A stretch of DNA of 24,000 nucleotides. Source: Alcanivorax sp. (GTDB lineage Bacteria; Pseudomonadota; Gammaproteobacteria; Pseudomonadales; Alcanivoracaceae). How positions within the stretch are numbered: position 1 is the first letter of the stretch; every line of letters starts with the position of its first letter. Below the pieces are notes generated by a model. That model did no database searches, was not told the origin of the DNA, and saw only the letters and a list, made by a program, of their open reading frames with translations. This document shows, in pieces, positions 15,028 through 24,000 of the stretch. The position numbers and the translations under genes were made by a program. Location of the stretch: contig NZ_NVWY01000008.1 of assembly GCF_002733835.1 (NCBI RefSeq), forward strand, positions 58,407 through 82,406, in the 5' to 3' direction.

Positions 15028-15585
15028 ATGAAATTCTGCAGCCATTGCGGCAACCCCAACCTGCAATTCAGTATTCCGGAAGGGGATAACCGGCCCCGCT
15101 ACTGGTGCCCGGACTGCGAAACGATTCATTACCAGAACCCCAAGGTTGTGGTGGGCGCCGTGCCGATATGGGAAGGGAAAGTGCTGCTCTGCAAGCGGGC
15201 CATCGAACCGCGCAAGGGCTATTGGACGCTACCTGCTGGCTACATGGAAAACGGCGAAACCCTGCAGGAAGGCGCGGCCAGAGAAACCTGGGAAGAAGCC
15301 TGCGCTACAGTGGCAATCGGCGACTTGTATACAGTCTTCAACCTGCCGCACATCAATCAGGTGTATGTGTTTTTTCTGGGTGACGTGGAAGACGGCAAAT
15401 ACGGTGTCGGCGAAGAGAGCAGCGATGCCGGCCTGTTTGCTCTGGACGACATTCCCTGGGATGAGCTGGCGTTCCCCACCATCGGGCGCACGCTGCGGTT
15501 TTATATTGATGACCTTGCCCGCAATGATTTTCCCGTGCGCACCCAGGATATTCAGCCGCTTAAGCGCCGCCCCATAGACGAATAA
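15028..15585 (+). CDS. NUDIX hydrolase with an N-terminal zinc-ribbon
   Basis: It has MKFCSHCG...YWCPDCE (a CxxC...CxxC ribbon) and the Nudix box GYMENGETLQEGAARETWEEACA. ATG 15028 is preferred over TTG 14977. Confidence 0.85.
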   Translation: MKFCSHCGNPNLQFSIPEGDNRPRYWCPDCETIHYQNPKVVVGAVPIWEGKVLLCKRAIEPRKGYWTLPAGYMENGETLQEGAARETWEEACATVAIGDLYTVFNLPHINQVYVFFLGDVEDGKYGVGEESSDAGLFALDDIPWDELAFPTIGRTLRFYIDDLARNDFPVRTQDIQPLKRRPIDE

Positions 15586-15602
15586 CCGGATCTCGGCAGC
15601 TC

Positions 15603-15947
15603 TCAGTGCGTGCCCGGCAGCGGCTCCAACTTCCACAAATCAATGGCAGGCTCTTCATAGGGGTGCGACAGGCGTAAGGCGCTGATCACCGCTTGCAGAC
15701 ACGCGCCCAGGCAAAGCGTCTCCACCCGGTACTCTTCCACCACTTCCACCTGATCATGCTGACCGAGAAAGGGCTGACTCCCTGACAGGGGCCGGAATTG
15801 CCCCTGACCCAGCGTCTGAAAGCTGCAATGATCGTAATCACCCAGGTGCCCGGCACCGGCCTCGAAAATGGCCGTTTTCACCTGTTCCACATGGCTCACG
15901 GGCACGTAAAAGCACAATTTGTAATGTTGATCACTGGCCTCTGTCAT
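15603..15947 (-). CDS. YqfO/Nif3-associated small protein family (function unknown)
   Basis: In this 114-aa ORF, YKLCFYVPVSHVEQVKTAIFEAGAGHLGDYDHCSFQTLGQGQFRPL...HPYEEPA matches my memory of the conserved about 100-aa YqfO-like proteins. Confidence 0.6.
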   Translation of the reverse strand: MTEASDQHYKLCFYVPVSHVEQVKTAIFEAGAGHLGDYDHCSFQTLGQGQFRPLSGSQPFLGQHDQVEVVEEYRVETLCLGACLQAVISALRLSHPYEEPAIDLWKLEPLPGTH

Positions 15948-15971
15948 TCATGACTCCCAGTGCGTTGAACG

Positions 15972-16688
15972 TTACGATGCCACCCCGGTATCCGAGGGTA
16001 GCGCAGACACAAATTCTGGCTTCAACGCATACTCACCATGGGCGGAAATCCAGATACCTTCCGCCGAAACCGTTTGCTCGCCATTTACCCAGACACTGCC
16101 TTCACAGCGTAACTTGCGGCGCTCCAGCGAAACCAGCCGGGCTTCGAAATCCACCGGCGTGTTTAACGGCGTGGCCGCCAAGTAGCGGATATTCAAAGTG
16201 CCGGTCATGCCGATTTGACGGACATAATCCTGCGTCTTGGCCATCAGCATATCCAACGCCAATGCCAGCACGCCACCGTGGACCCGCCCTGGCGGCCCCT
16301 GAAACGCGGGACCAAACGTGGCCCGGCCACGAATACGGTCACCATCGATCCACAATTCCAGCGGCGGCGAAAGCGGCGAGGCTTTGCCGGTAAGAATTTC
16401 AAAATCCACCAGGTCAGTCACGTCATCACCACTGCCCTGCCCGGCCAGCAGACGCTGCAGAATATCGCTGTAATCCCGCTGGCCTTCCTGCTGCAATGCC
16501 TGGCGCAGCTGCTGCACCTGACCGATGTAATCCTGCAACTTTTCATGCGGTGCATCCAGCCGTAACACCTGTTCGGTGAGGCCCGCTAATTCCTGGCCCA
16601 GCTGACGATGCAACTGCGCCCGCGTGGACGGCTCTGGCGTTTCCGCCACACGAATATCGCGAAAATGATAGGTGGTTTCAGACATCAA
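15972..16688 (-). CDS. PaaI-family hotdog-fold thioesterase with an N-terminal helical extension (paralogue 2)
   Basis: The 238-aa ORF has QGPPGRVHGGV, GTLNIRYLAATP and QTVSAEGIW, motifs shared with the upstream paralogue. Confidence 0.78.
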   Translation of the reverse strand: MMSETTYHFRDIRVAETPEPSTRAQLHRQLGQELAGLTEQVLRLDAPHEKLQDYIGQVQQLRQALQQEGQRDYSDILQRLLAGQGSGDDVTDLVDFEILTGKASPLSPPLELWIDGDRIRGRATFGPAFQGPPGRVHGGVLALALDMLMAKTQDYVRQIGMTGTLNIRYLAATPLNTPVDFEARLVSLERRKLRCEGSVWVNGEQTVSAEGIWISAHGEYALKPEFVSALPSDTGVAS

Positions 16689-17354
16689 TTACCCCAGACT
16701 CTTGGGTGTCAACCAGACACCTTCTGCGCTGACGGTCTGGGTGTCCCCGTGCCAGATGCCGCCCTCTACAAAAATTTTCCGCCCTTCCTGGCCGGTAATG
16801 TGCGCCCGACATTCAATCGGCGCTTCTATGGGTGTCGCTGCCAGATAACGGATATTCAACGTACCGGTGACGCCCAAACGAAACGCGGCATGCAGCGCAC
16901 GGGAGAGCCCTGCATCCAGCAGCCAGGCGATCACCCCGCCATGCACCCGTCCCGGCGGCCCCTGATACTGAAGCCCCAGGCTGACTTCTCCACGGATACC
17001 ATCCTGATCTTCCTGCACCCACTGCACCTGGGGAGCAATCGGGTTGGACAGGCCGCCCACCGGGTCGTAGTCCATCATGTGATAGATATCGTCTGCGGTG
17101 GCTTTACCGGTAAACAGTTTTCGATTCGCTTCACGGGTATCACGACGCTCCGGTGTGCCCACCGTCTCTACCATGGCTTCCAGTTGCTCTGCCCAACCGG
17201 CGAGGGTTGCTTCATCCGCTTCTGCACGAATCAACCGCTCGGCCAGTAATTGCATGGCCGCACTGATACGGCGGCGCTGTGCAAAATCACTGGGCACAGG
17301 CTCGGTTTTGTAGGCCTTTTGCAGCTCAAAAGGGCCGAATGTTTTTTCAGACAC
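16689..17354 (-). CDS. PaaI-family hotdog-fold thioesterase with an N-terminal helical extension (paralogue 1)
   Basis: The 221-aa ORF has QGPPGRVHGGV, GTLNIRYLAATP and QTVSAEGVW. Its stop abuts the start of the next gene with a 0-nt gap. Confidence 0.78.
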   Translation of the reverse strand: MSEKTFGPFELQKAYKTEPVPSDFAQRRRISAAMQLLAERLIRAEADEATLAGWAEQLEAMVETVGTPERRDTREANRKLFTGKATADDIYHMMDYDPVGGLSNPIAPQVQWVQEDQDGIRGEVSLGLQYQGPPGRVHGGVIAWLLDAGLSRALHAAFRLGVTGTLNIRYLAATPIEAPIECRAHITGQEGRKIFVEGGIWHGDTQTVSAEGVWLTPKSLG

Positions 17355-17447
17355 AGATCACCAATGAATAATTAATCACGAAGAAATTCAAACAATCGTT
17401 TGATTCTGAGGGGAGAGACTCTGTAGCTCAAGCTCATAAAAGGACAT

Positions 17448-17486
17448 AAAAAAGGCGGAAATGGCCACCCCATTTCCGCCTTTTTC
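17448..17486. terminator. Rho-independent terminator downstream of purL (bidirectional shape)
   Basis: AAAAAAGGCGGAAATGG (17448-17464) pairs with CCATTTCCGCCTTTTT (17470-17485) across the loop CCACC. A- and T-runs lie on both sides. Confidence 0.8.
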
Positions 17487-17491
17487 AGTTT

Positions 17492-17516
17492 CCAGCTGTC
17501 AACTGTCCACTGTTTT
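17492..17516 (-). repeat. Third copy of the heptad array, between the purL stop and its terminator
   Basis: The plus strand reads CCAG CTGTCAA CTGTCCA CTGTTTT. In mRNA sense (minus strand) this is AAAACAG TGGACAG TTGACAG CTGG, the same vocabulary as 6517-6551 and 6642-6679. Confidence 0.5.
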
Positions 17517-20500
17517 TAACCTACCCATTTGCGGGCGTTGGCAAACATCCGCAACCAGGGGCCATTCTCGTGGCCACGCCAGTCGTCCGGGATCCAGCTG
17601 TTCTGCAGCACCCGGAACACCCGCTCCGGGTGCGGCATCATGATGGTGACGCGCCCGTCAGTGGTGGTAAAGCCGGTTACCCCCTGCGGAGAACCATTAG
17701 GGTTGGCCGGGTACTGTTCGGCCGGGTTACCCAGGCCGTCCACATAGCGCAGGCTCACCAGGCGTTGCTCGATATTGCGATTCAGGGCGTCATCCGCCAG
17801 CTCCACACGGCCTTCCCCATGAGCCACGGCAATCGGAATGCGCGTGCCAGCCATGTCTTTCAACAAGATGGACGGGGAATCCTGCACTTCCACCAGGGAA
17901 GTACGCGCCTCGAACTGCTCAGACAGGTTACGCACAAAACGCGGCCAGTGCTCCGCACCGGGAATCAGGTCTTTCAAATGCGACAGCATCTGGCAGCCGT
18001 TACAGACCCCCAGCGCAAAGGTGTCTTCACGGAAGAAGAAACGGTTAAACGCTTCGCGCATTGCGTCGTTATAGAGCACGGTCTTGGCCCAGCCACCGCC
18101 GGCACCCAGCACGTCCCCGTAAGAAAAACCGCCACAGGCCACCAGCCCCTTGAAGTCATCCAACTTCACACGGCCTTCGAGCAAATCACTCATGTGCACG
18201 TCAACGGCGGAGAAGCCGACGCGATCAAACGCCGCCGCCATTTCTGTCTGACCATTAACGCCCTGCTCGCGCAGGATGGCCATTTGCGGTTTGCTGCCAG
18301 TATTGATGAACGGCGCCGCCGGGTTTTCCGTCATATCAAAGGTCAGCCTCACATTCAGGCCCGGGCCATTGCTGTGCGGAATCGCATCAAATTCCTGACG
18401 GGCACAATCCGGGTTATCCCGCAGGGACTGCACCTGATAACTGGTTTCCGCCCAGATACGCTGCAATTCACGGCGCGGGGTTTCCAGCAAAATACCACCC
18501 CCCAAACGCAGGCGAATCACATCGTCGCCATCCGGTTGTCCCAAACGGTGAACACACTGCCCGAGACCCGCTTCGGCATAACGGGCAACCACTTCTTCCG
18601 AGTGGGATTTTTCCACCTGCAACACCGCGCCCAGCTCTTCGGTAAACAGCGCCGCCACGGCTTCCGGGGTATCGCCGGCCAGGTGATCCAGGGAAATATC
18701 CAGCCCTGTGCGGGCAGCAAAGGCCATTTCCACCAGGCTGGTAAACAGACCGCCGTCGGAGCGATCGTGATAGGCCAACAGTTTGCGTTCGGCCAGCAAC
18801 TGCTGGGTCACCTCGAAGAAAGCGATCAGGTCTTTGGCATCATCCAGGTCCGGCGCGATATCACCGACCTTGCCGTACACCTGCGCCAGGGCGGAGCCGG
18901 CCATGCGGTTCTGACCACGGCCCAGGTCCAGCAGCAGCAGTTCGCTGTCCACACCGGTTTTCAGCTCCGGGGTCACCGTCAGGTCAATGTCGGTCACCGT
19001 GGAAAAGGCAGAAATCACCAGCGACATGGGTGCGGTGACGCTTTTATCGATGCCCTTGTCGTTCCAGACCGTACGCATTGACAACGAATCCTTGCCCACC
19101 GGAATGGCGATACCCAGCTTCGGACACAGGTCCATGCCCACCGCTTTCACCGCATCGAACAAAGCCTGATCTTCACCCGGGTGACCCGCTGCCGCCATCC
19201 AGTTGGCCGACATGCTGATCTGGCCCAGATCGCCCAGATGGGCGCCGGCAATATTGGTGATGGACTCGGCCACCGCCATCCGCCCGGACGCCGCTGCGTC
19301 CACCAGAGCCACCGGGGTACGCTCCCCCATGGCCATGGCTTCGCCTGTGGTTTTGTTGTCTGCGTTGGGATTAAAGCCGGTAGCGGTCACCGCACAATCA
19401 GCCACCGGCACCTGCCAGGGGCCAACCATCTGGTCCCGGTGCACCAGCCCGGTAATGGAGCGGTCGCCGATGGTAATCAGGAAGCTCTTGGAGGCCACGG
19501 ACGGCAGGCGCATCACCCGCTCACCGGCTTCTTTCAGGTCGATATCTTCAGTGGTGAACGCCTGACGCACAAAATCTTCGCGCTCGAAACTGCGCAGCAT
19601 TTTCGGCGGTTTGCCGAACAGCAGGTCCATGGGCAGATCCACCGGCGCCTTGCCGAAATGCTCATCGCTCACGGTCAGGTGCTCGGCATCGGTGGCTTCG
19701 CCCAGCACAGCGTAGGGAGTGCGCTCACGCTGACAGATGGCGTCGAAGTCCGGCAAATCGTCTGGCATCACGGCCAGCACATAACGCTCCTGGGCTTCAT
19801 TACACCAGATTTCCACCGGGCTCATGCCGGGCTCGGAACTGGGCACTTTGCGCAGCTCCAGCTGGGCGCCCATATCATGATCGTGGACCAGCTCCGGCAA
19901 GGCGTTGGACAAACCGCCAGCGCCCACATCGTGAATGGATACAATCGGGTTATCGTCCCCGCGGGCCCAGCAGCGATCAATCACTTCCTGTACCCGACGC
20001 TCAATTTCCGGGTTCTCGCGCTGCACTGAAGCAAAATCCAGCGCTTCCGCAGACTGGCCGGAGGCCATGGAACTGGCCGCCCCGCCGCCCAGCCCGATCA
20101 GCATGGCCGGGCCACCCAACACAATAATCTTGGCGCCGGCGGGAATCGGGTTCTTCTCCACATGACCATCACGGATGTTGCCCAGGCCACCGGCGATCAT
20201 GATCGGCTTGTGGTAACCGCGCATCTCATCACCGTTCACACCTGGTGCGTTAATTTCCAGGGTACGGAAGTAACCGCACAGATTGGGACGACCAAATTCG
20301 TTATTGAATGCAGCAGCGCCAATCGGCCCCTCGATCATGATGTCCAGCGCAGAGGCAATGCGCCCGGGCTTACCGTAGGGCTGCTCCCAGGGCTGGCCAA
20401 AACCGGGAATATTCAGATTGGATACGGAAAAGCCGTTCAACCCGGCCTTGGGCTTGGAGCCACGGCCGGTGGCACCTTCGTCACGGATTTCACCACCGGA

Positions 20501-21406
20501 ACCGGTGGCCGCCCCCGGATGCGGCGCAATCGCCGTGGGGTGGTTATGGGTTTCCACCTTCATCAGCATATGCACCGGTTCGTTCACGAACTGGTACTGC
20601 TGACTGCCCGGCGCAGGGAAAAAGCGATCAGCCACCGGACCGGCCACTACCGACGAGTTATCGCTGTAAGCGCTTAGCACCCCTTCCGGCGCATGCTTGT
20701 AGGTATTGCGGATCATCCCGAACAGGCTCAGATCCTGTTCTTCGCCGTCAATCGTCCAGTCCGCATTGAAAATCTTGTGGCGACAGTGCTCGGAGTTGGC
20801 CTGGGCAAACATCATCAATTCTGCGTCTGAGGGGTTACGTCCGAGCGCAGTGAACTGTTCCACCAGGTATTCAATCTCATCCGCCGCCAACGCCAGGCCC
20901 AGCTCTCCATTGGCCGCTTCCAGCGCCCCACGGCCACCGCCGAGAATATCCACGGTGGTCAATTCCCGGGGCTGGTGATGGGTAAACAAGGCTTCGGCAT
21001 CGTCCAGCTCCGCCAGCACCACTTCGACCATCCGGTCGTGCAGGGCGGCGGCCAGAGCGTCGCGGTCACCGTCTGCGTCCAGGCGATATTCAATACCGCG
21101 CTCAATCCGCTCTACCTGGGTCAACCCGGCGTTGTGGCAAATATCCGTGGCCTTGGACGACCAGGGGGAAATAGTGCCCGGGCGGGGCACCACCACGAAA
21201 CGCTGCCCCTCAACCTGGGCCTCTTCGACACTGGGGCCATACTGAAGCAAGCCTTCCAGTATCTGCTGCTGCGCAGCATCCAGTGGCGCAGACAACTCCA
21301 CAAAATGCACATAGCGCGCCGACAGAGCCGATACGCCATTCAGGGACTCAAGCAGTTTTTCCTTACGAAATGCGGACAGGGCCGGGCTTCCGGAGAGGAT
21401 CAGCAT
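17516..21406 (-). CDS. purL: Phosphoribosylformylglycinamidine synthase, single-chain large form
   Basis: The ORF is 1296 aa from ATG 21406-21404 ([19 protein letters not shown]...). It has the FGAM synthetase core and a C-terminal glutaminase domain (GVCNGCQM). The 54-codon upstream extension in the ORF track is not PurL-like. Confidence 0.97.
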   Translation of the reverse strand: MLILSGSPALSAFRKEKLLESLNGVSALSARYVHFVELSAPLDAAQQQILEGLLQYGPSVEEAQVEGQRFVVVPRPGTISPWSSKATDICHNAGLTQVERIERGIEYRLDADGDRDALAAALHDRMVEVVLAELDDAEALFTHHQPRELTTVDILGGGRGALEAANGELGLALAADEIEYLVEQFTALGRNPSDAELMMFAQANSEHCRHKIFNADWTIDGEEQDLSLFGMIRNTYKHAPEGVLSAYSDNSSVVAGPVADRFFPAPGSQQYQFVNEPVHMLMKVETHNHPTAIAPHPGAATGSGGEIRDEGATGRGSKPKAGLNGFSVSNLNIPGFGQPWEQPYGKPGRIASALDIMIEGPIGAAAFNNEFGRPNLCGYFRTLEINAPGVNGDEMRGYHKPIMIAGGLGNIRDGHVEKNPIPAGAKIIVLGGPAMLIGLGGGAASSMASGQSAEALDFASVQRENPEIERRVQEVIDRCWARGDDNPIVSIHDVGAGGLSNALPELVHDHDMGAQLELRKVPSSEPGMSPVEIWCNEAQERYVLAVMPDDLPDFDAICQRERTPYAVLGEATDAEHLTVSDEHFGKAPVDLPMDLLFGKPPKMLRSFEREDFVRQAFTTEDIDLKEAGERVMRLPSVASKSFLITIGDRSITGLVHRDQMVGPWQVPVADCAVTATGFNPNADNKTTGEAMAMGERTPVALVDAAASGRMAVAESITNIAGAHLGDLGQISMSANWMAAAGHPGEDQALFDAVKAVGMDLCPKLGIAIPVGKDSLSMRTVWNDKGIDKSVTAPMSLVISAFSTVTDIDLTVTPELKTGVDSELLLLDLGRGQNRMAGSALAQVYGKVGDIAPDLDDAKDLIAFFEVTQQLLAERKLLAYHDRSDGGLFTSLVEMAFAARTGLDISLDHLAGDTPEAVAALFTEELGAVLQVEKSHSEEVVARYAEAGLGQCVHRLGQPDGDDVIRLRLGGGILLETPRRELQRIWAETSYQVQSLRDNPDCARQEFDAIPHSNGPGLNVRLTFDMTENPAAPFINTGSKPQMAILREQGVNGQTEMAAAFDRVGFSAVDVHMSDLLEGRVKLDDFKGLVACGGFSYGDVLGAGGGWAKTVLYNDAMREAFNRFFFREDTFALGVCNGCQMLSHLKDLIPGAEHWPRFVRNLSEQFEARTSLVEVQDSPSILLKDMAGTRIPIAVAHGEGRVELADDALNRNIEQRLVSLRYVDGLGNPAEQYPANPNGSPQGVTGFTTTDGRVTIMMPHPERVFRVLQNSWIPDDWRGHENGPWLRMFANARKWVG

Positions 21407-21812
21407 AGTGCGCCTTATATGATTACCAATAGGGATTGAGGGGTGCCAGTTATTCAGGTCGGCAATGATACGGGATTTGCTCGTCGCTCGCAGCCTCTCA
21501 AGCCGCCGATTTACTCCGCAATTTGCGCCCGGAACAGGCCGGCTCACCCTGTCATCAGGCAGCAGCAAAACACCTACGAATGACGCCTGATACGCAATTT
21601 AATGCTCTTTTCCTGACTTTTAAAAATTGTGCAAAAAAGGAGCAATTGTTCGACAAAGCTTTACAGAACAGCCATTTGCCGATGATAGAGTTGCGCCGCA
21701 ATTTCGTGATATAGATCACAAGTAAGGAACAATAGCGAAGGCATAGGGCCTTTCACCGGTCGGCGGTAAGCAGTATCGACCTGTCTGGACAACCTGACAG
21801 AGGTACCACCAA

Positions 21813-23216
21813 GTGACGGTATTCTTTCGACACAGCAAGCATTTGCTCGCCTCGCTGGCACTGTTCAGCGTACTGGGGCTAATGCTGGCCATGCGTCCCA
21901 CCCCCTCCGCCATGGAGCGCGTTATCGCCCGTGGGGAGCTGGTGGTGCTAACCCGCCCGTCCAATACGACCTATTATGAGGATCAGCACGGCTTCACCGG
22001 CATGGAATACGAACTCGCCAAAGGGTTCGCTGACAGCCTGGGGGTAGAGCTGCGCATCCTCGAATCCGACGACCTCTCCTACATCCGCTACGCTATCCGC
22101 AAGGGCACGGCAGACATTGCCGCCGCTGGCCTGGTCGCCACCACAGAGCGCAGCGAAAGCCTGCGCTTCAGCACTCGCTACCAAAATATCGATACCCTGC
22201 TGGTACGCCGCCTGAGCAGCCCACGAATTACCGACCTGAGCGAGCTGAACGACCAGAAAGTGGCAGTAAGCGCCGGCTCCAGCCACGCCGAGCTGTTGAT
22301 CAAGGCACAGCTGGACAATCCCGAGCTGGCATTCCAGGAAGTGGAAAACGCCACCCCCGAGCAACTGCTGGCGCTGGTGGAAGACGGTCAGGTCGACTAC
22401 ACCCTGATCAATTCCAACAGTTACGCCCTGCAACGTGCGCTCTGGCCTGACCTGATTGCCGATTACACCGTGGCCACCGATATGCCGCTGGCCTGGGCCT
22501 TTAATCCGAAAGATGACAAAAGCCTGTATATGGCCGCGCAGCGCTACCTGACCCAAGCCAAGGCGGACGGCACTACCGCCAAGCTGGAAGACCGCTTTTA
22601 CGGGCATGTGGAACAGTTCAACCTGTACGCGGCACGCAGCTTTATGCGCCACCTGGACGACCGCCTGCCGCTTTATGAAGGGCTGTTCAAGGAAGCCGAA
22701 GACAACAGCGGCTTTGACTGGCGCCTGCTGGCTGCCCTCGCCTACCAGGAATCCCTGTGGGACCCCCAGGCCATCTCCCCCACCGGGGTCAAGGGCCTGA
22801 TGATGCTCACCAACGATACCGCTCGCCAGATGGGTATCAGTGATCGCACCGATCCGTCACAGAGCATCAGCGCCGGCGCCGCCTACCTGCGACGCACCCA
22901 TGCGCGGATTCCCGACCGCATTCCCGAGCCAAGCCGCACCTGGATGGCGCTGGCCGCCTACAACGTGGGCTTTGGCCACCTGGAAGATGCCCGCGTGCTG
23001 ACCCAGCGCCAGGGCGGCGACCCGGACAACTGGCAGGACGTGAAACAGCGCCTGCCGCTGCTGGCCAAGCCGGCCTATGCAGACCAGCTTCGCTACGGCA
23101 ACGCCCGGGGCGGCCAGGCGGTGGTGTACGTCCGTCATATTCGCCGCTACTACGATCTGCTGGTGTGGGCGGAAAATTCCCGCCGCCGCGATGGCACGCT
23201 CATCGCCCTGAATTAA
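21813..23216 (+). CDS. mltF: Membrane-bound lytic murein transglycosylase F
   Basis: The 467-aa ORF has an N-terminal solute-binding-protein-like domain and a C-terminal SLT domain (LAALAYQESLWDPQAISPTGVKGLMMLT). It is divergent from purL, as in E. coli. It has a GTG start with AGAGG upstream. Confidence 0.9.
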   Translation: MTVFFRHSKHLLASLALFSVLGLMLAMRPTPSAMERVIARGELVVLTRPSNTTYYEDQHGFTGMEYELAKGFADSLGVELRILESDDLSYIRYAIRKGTADIAAAGLVATTERSESLRFSTRYQNIDTLLVRRLSSPRITDLSELNDQKVAVSAGSSHAELLIKAQLDNPELAFQEVENATPEQLLALVEDGQVDYTLINSNSYALQRALWPDLIADYTVATDMPLAWAFNPKDDKSLYMAAQRYLTQAKADGTTAKLEDRFYGHVEQFNLYAARSFMRHLDDRLPLYEGLFKEAEDNSGFDWRLLAALAYQESLWDPQAISPTGVKGLMMLTNDTARQMGISDRTDPSQSISAGAAYLRRTHARIPDRIPEPSRTWMALAAYNVGFGHLEDARVLTQRQGGDPDNWQDVKQRLPLLAKPAYADQLRYGNARGGQAVVYVRHIRRYYDLLVWAENSRRRDGTLIALN

Positions 23217-23218
23217 CA

Positions 23219-23289
23219 GACAGCAACGAGAGGCGAGTAACGAAACCCGGCCGGGTTCTGCACTTCGAAACTCGCCTCTTTGTTGTCTC
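23219..23289. terminator. Nested palindromic structure between the convergent mltF and DUF72 genes (probable bidirectional terminator)
   Basis: AGAGGCGAGT (23229-23238) pairs perfectly with ACTCGCCTCT (23270-23279). The inner perfect palindrome is AACCCGGCCGGGTT (23244-23257). TTTGTTG follows on the plus strand. Confidence 0.55.
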
Positions 23290-23298
23290 AGCGTTATC

Positions 23299-24000
23299 TC
23301 AGAATAATCCTGGCTGACTCACCTGCCGCCCCAACGGCAACGGTGTCAGCCACGGCAAACGTTCCGTCAGCATCTCGTGCCACAATGCAGCCAGGGCCAG
23401 CGCGTCGCCATTATCCGGCATGTGAATAAACACACAGGGCTGCTTGCCTGCCTCAATCCAGCACGCCGCCCGCTCGACCCAGGGCGCAAGAAACGGCCGG
23501 TTGGCCAGTAAATCCGGGTGACCCACATAACGAATCACCGGCGCCACCTCGCCCGGCAACACATGCACCGGCAGCCGGGGCTTCTTGCGCTGGGCCTCCC
23601 GTGTTGCCGGGTCCTCTGCACTGGCGGCAAACAATGCCCGACTGTCAAAACAAACCCGCGCAAGGCTACGTTCCAGCAGGCCACGATTCAGTGCCCTTTC
23701 CGCATCGCCCTTGGCAAAAAAATCCCGATGACGCACCTCAACCGTACAGTGCAGCGATGGGGGCAACGCACCCACAAACCGCCACAAGTCCGCCAGATTT
23801 TGTGGACCAAAGGCCGCCGGCAGCTGCAGCAAGAACGGGCCCAGCACATCGCTCAACGGATCCAGCCGTTCCACAAACGCCCGCACCTGGCCCTCCACGC
23901 CACGCAACAAATCGTCATGGGTAATCTGCCGGGGAAACTTGAACAGGAAACGAAACCCTTGCGGCACCTGGGCGCGCCATTGCTCACACTGATTTCGCGA
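23299..24000 (-). CDS. DUF72 (UPF0759/YecE-like) family protein; the 5' end lies outside the window
   Basis: The reading frame stays open to the window edge (...SRNQCEQWRAQVPQGFRFLFKFPRQITH...). The GFRFxxKxPxxITH pattern is typical of DUF72. The 'M' at 23967 in the ORF track is an internal GTG codon. Confidence 0.82.
   Translation of the reverse strand, partial: SRNQCEQWRAQVPQGFRFLFKFPRQITHDDLLRGVEGQVRAFVERLDPLSDVLGPFLLQLPAAFGPQNLADLWRFVGALPPSLHCTVEVRHRDFFAKGDAERALNRGLLERSLARVCFDSRALFAASAEDPATREAQRKKPRLPVHVLPGEVAPVIRYVGHPDLLANRPFLAPWVERAACWIEAGKQPCVFIHMPDNGDALALAALWHEMLTERLPWLTPLPLGRQVSQPGLF

Noticed and set aside
17570-19081. 503-aa plus-strand ORF, plus other plus-strand ORFs at 19181-20029, 20162-20677 and 20975-21439
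   Set aside because: All are antisense to purL, whose product is unambiguous over its full length. Their translations are Arg/Gly/His-rich and unlike any known protein.
21517-21527. Possible PurR box upstream of purL
   Set aside because: The palindrome CGCAA-T-TTGCG is shorter than the 16-bp enterobacterial pur box (ACGCAAACGTTTGCGT-like) and has different spacing. I kept it only as a generic candidate operator in the findings.
21407-21568. 54-codon N-terminal extension of the purL ORF
   Set aside because: PurL proteins start M(x)ILxGSPALS.... The extension runs into the divergent promoter region and has no homology.

Overview
The window looks like chromosomal DNA from a fairly GC-rich gammaproteobacterium. 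This is inferred from gene content and synteny; genus is not determinable here. Most of it is conserved housekeeping sequence. On the minus strand sit rplS-trmD-rimM-rpsP and ffh. On the plus strand are a divergent ypjD-like gene and a corB-like gene. A minus-strand run follows: nudL-like, gamma-carbonic-anhydrase-like, DUF1289 and patatin (rssA-like). Further along are a Zn-ribbon NUDIX gene, a minus-strand operon of two PaaI-type thioesterase paralogues plus a YqfO-like gene, purL divergent from mltF, and a partial DUF72 gene. The only clearly accessory block is a complete curli (functional amyloid, CsgG-secretion) locus at about 9.3-14.7 kb. It differs from the E. coli model in five ways. 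(1) The structural operon and csgDEFG are convergent (tail-to-tail) rather than divergent. (2) There are three curlin-repeat genes rather than two. (3) The middle one is a 419-aa giant with roughly 17 repeat units and an internal 321-bp higher-order duplication. (4) The CsgA-like gene next to csgC is unusually His/Ser/Gln-rich. (5) The CsgC-like gene is very divergent and overlaps the preceding gene. Outside coding DNA, the most interesting item is a strand-consistent heptad array (NNNNCAG units such as TTGACAG, CTGACAG, TGGAAAG). It lies between a stop codon and an intrinsic terminator at three gene ends (corB-like, rssA-like, purL). I also note a perfect 26-bp REP-like inverted repeat between rpsP and ffh, and a recurring CGCAATTT octamer in the purL-mltF spacer. 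I recognised no tRNA, rRNA, CRISPR array, transposase, integrase or known defence genes. All protein calls rest on reading the supplied translations and remembered family motifs or E. coli sequences; no database search was possible.
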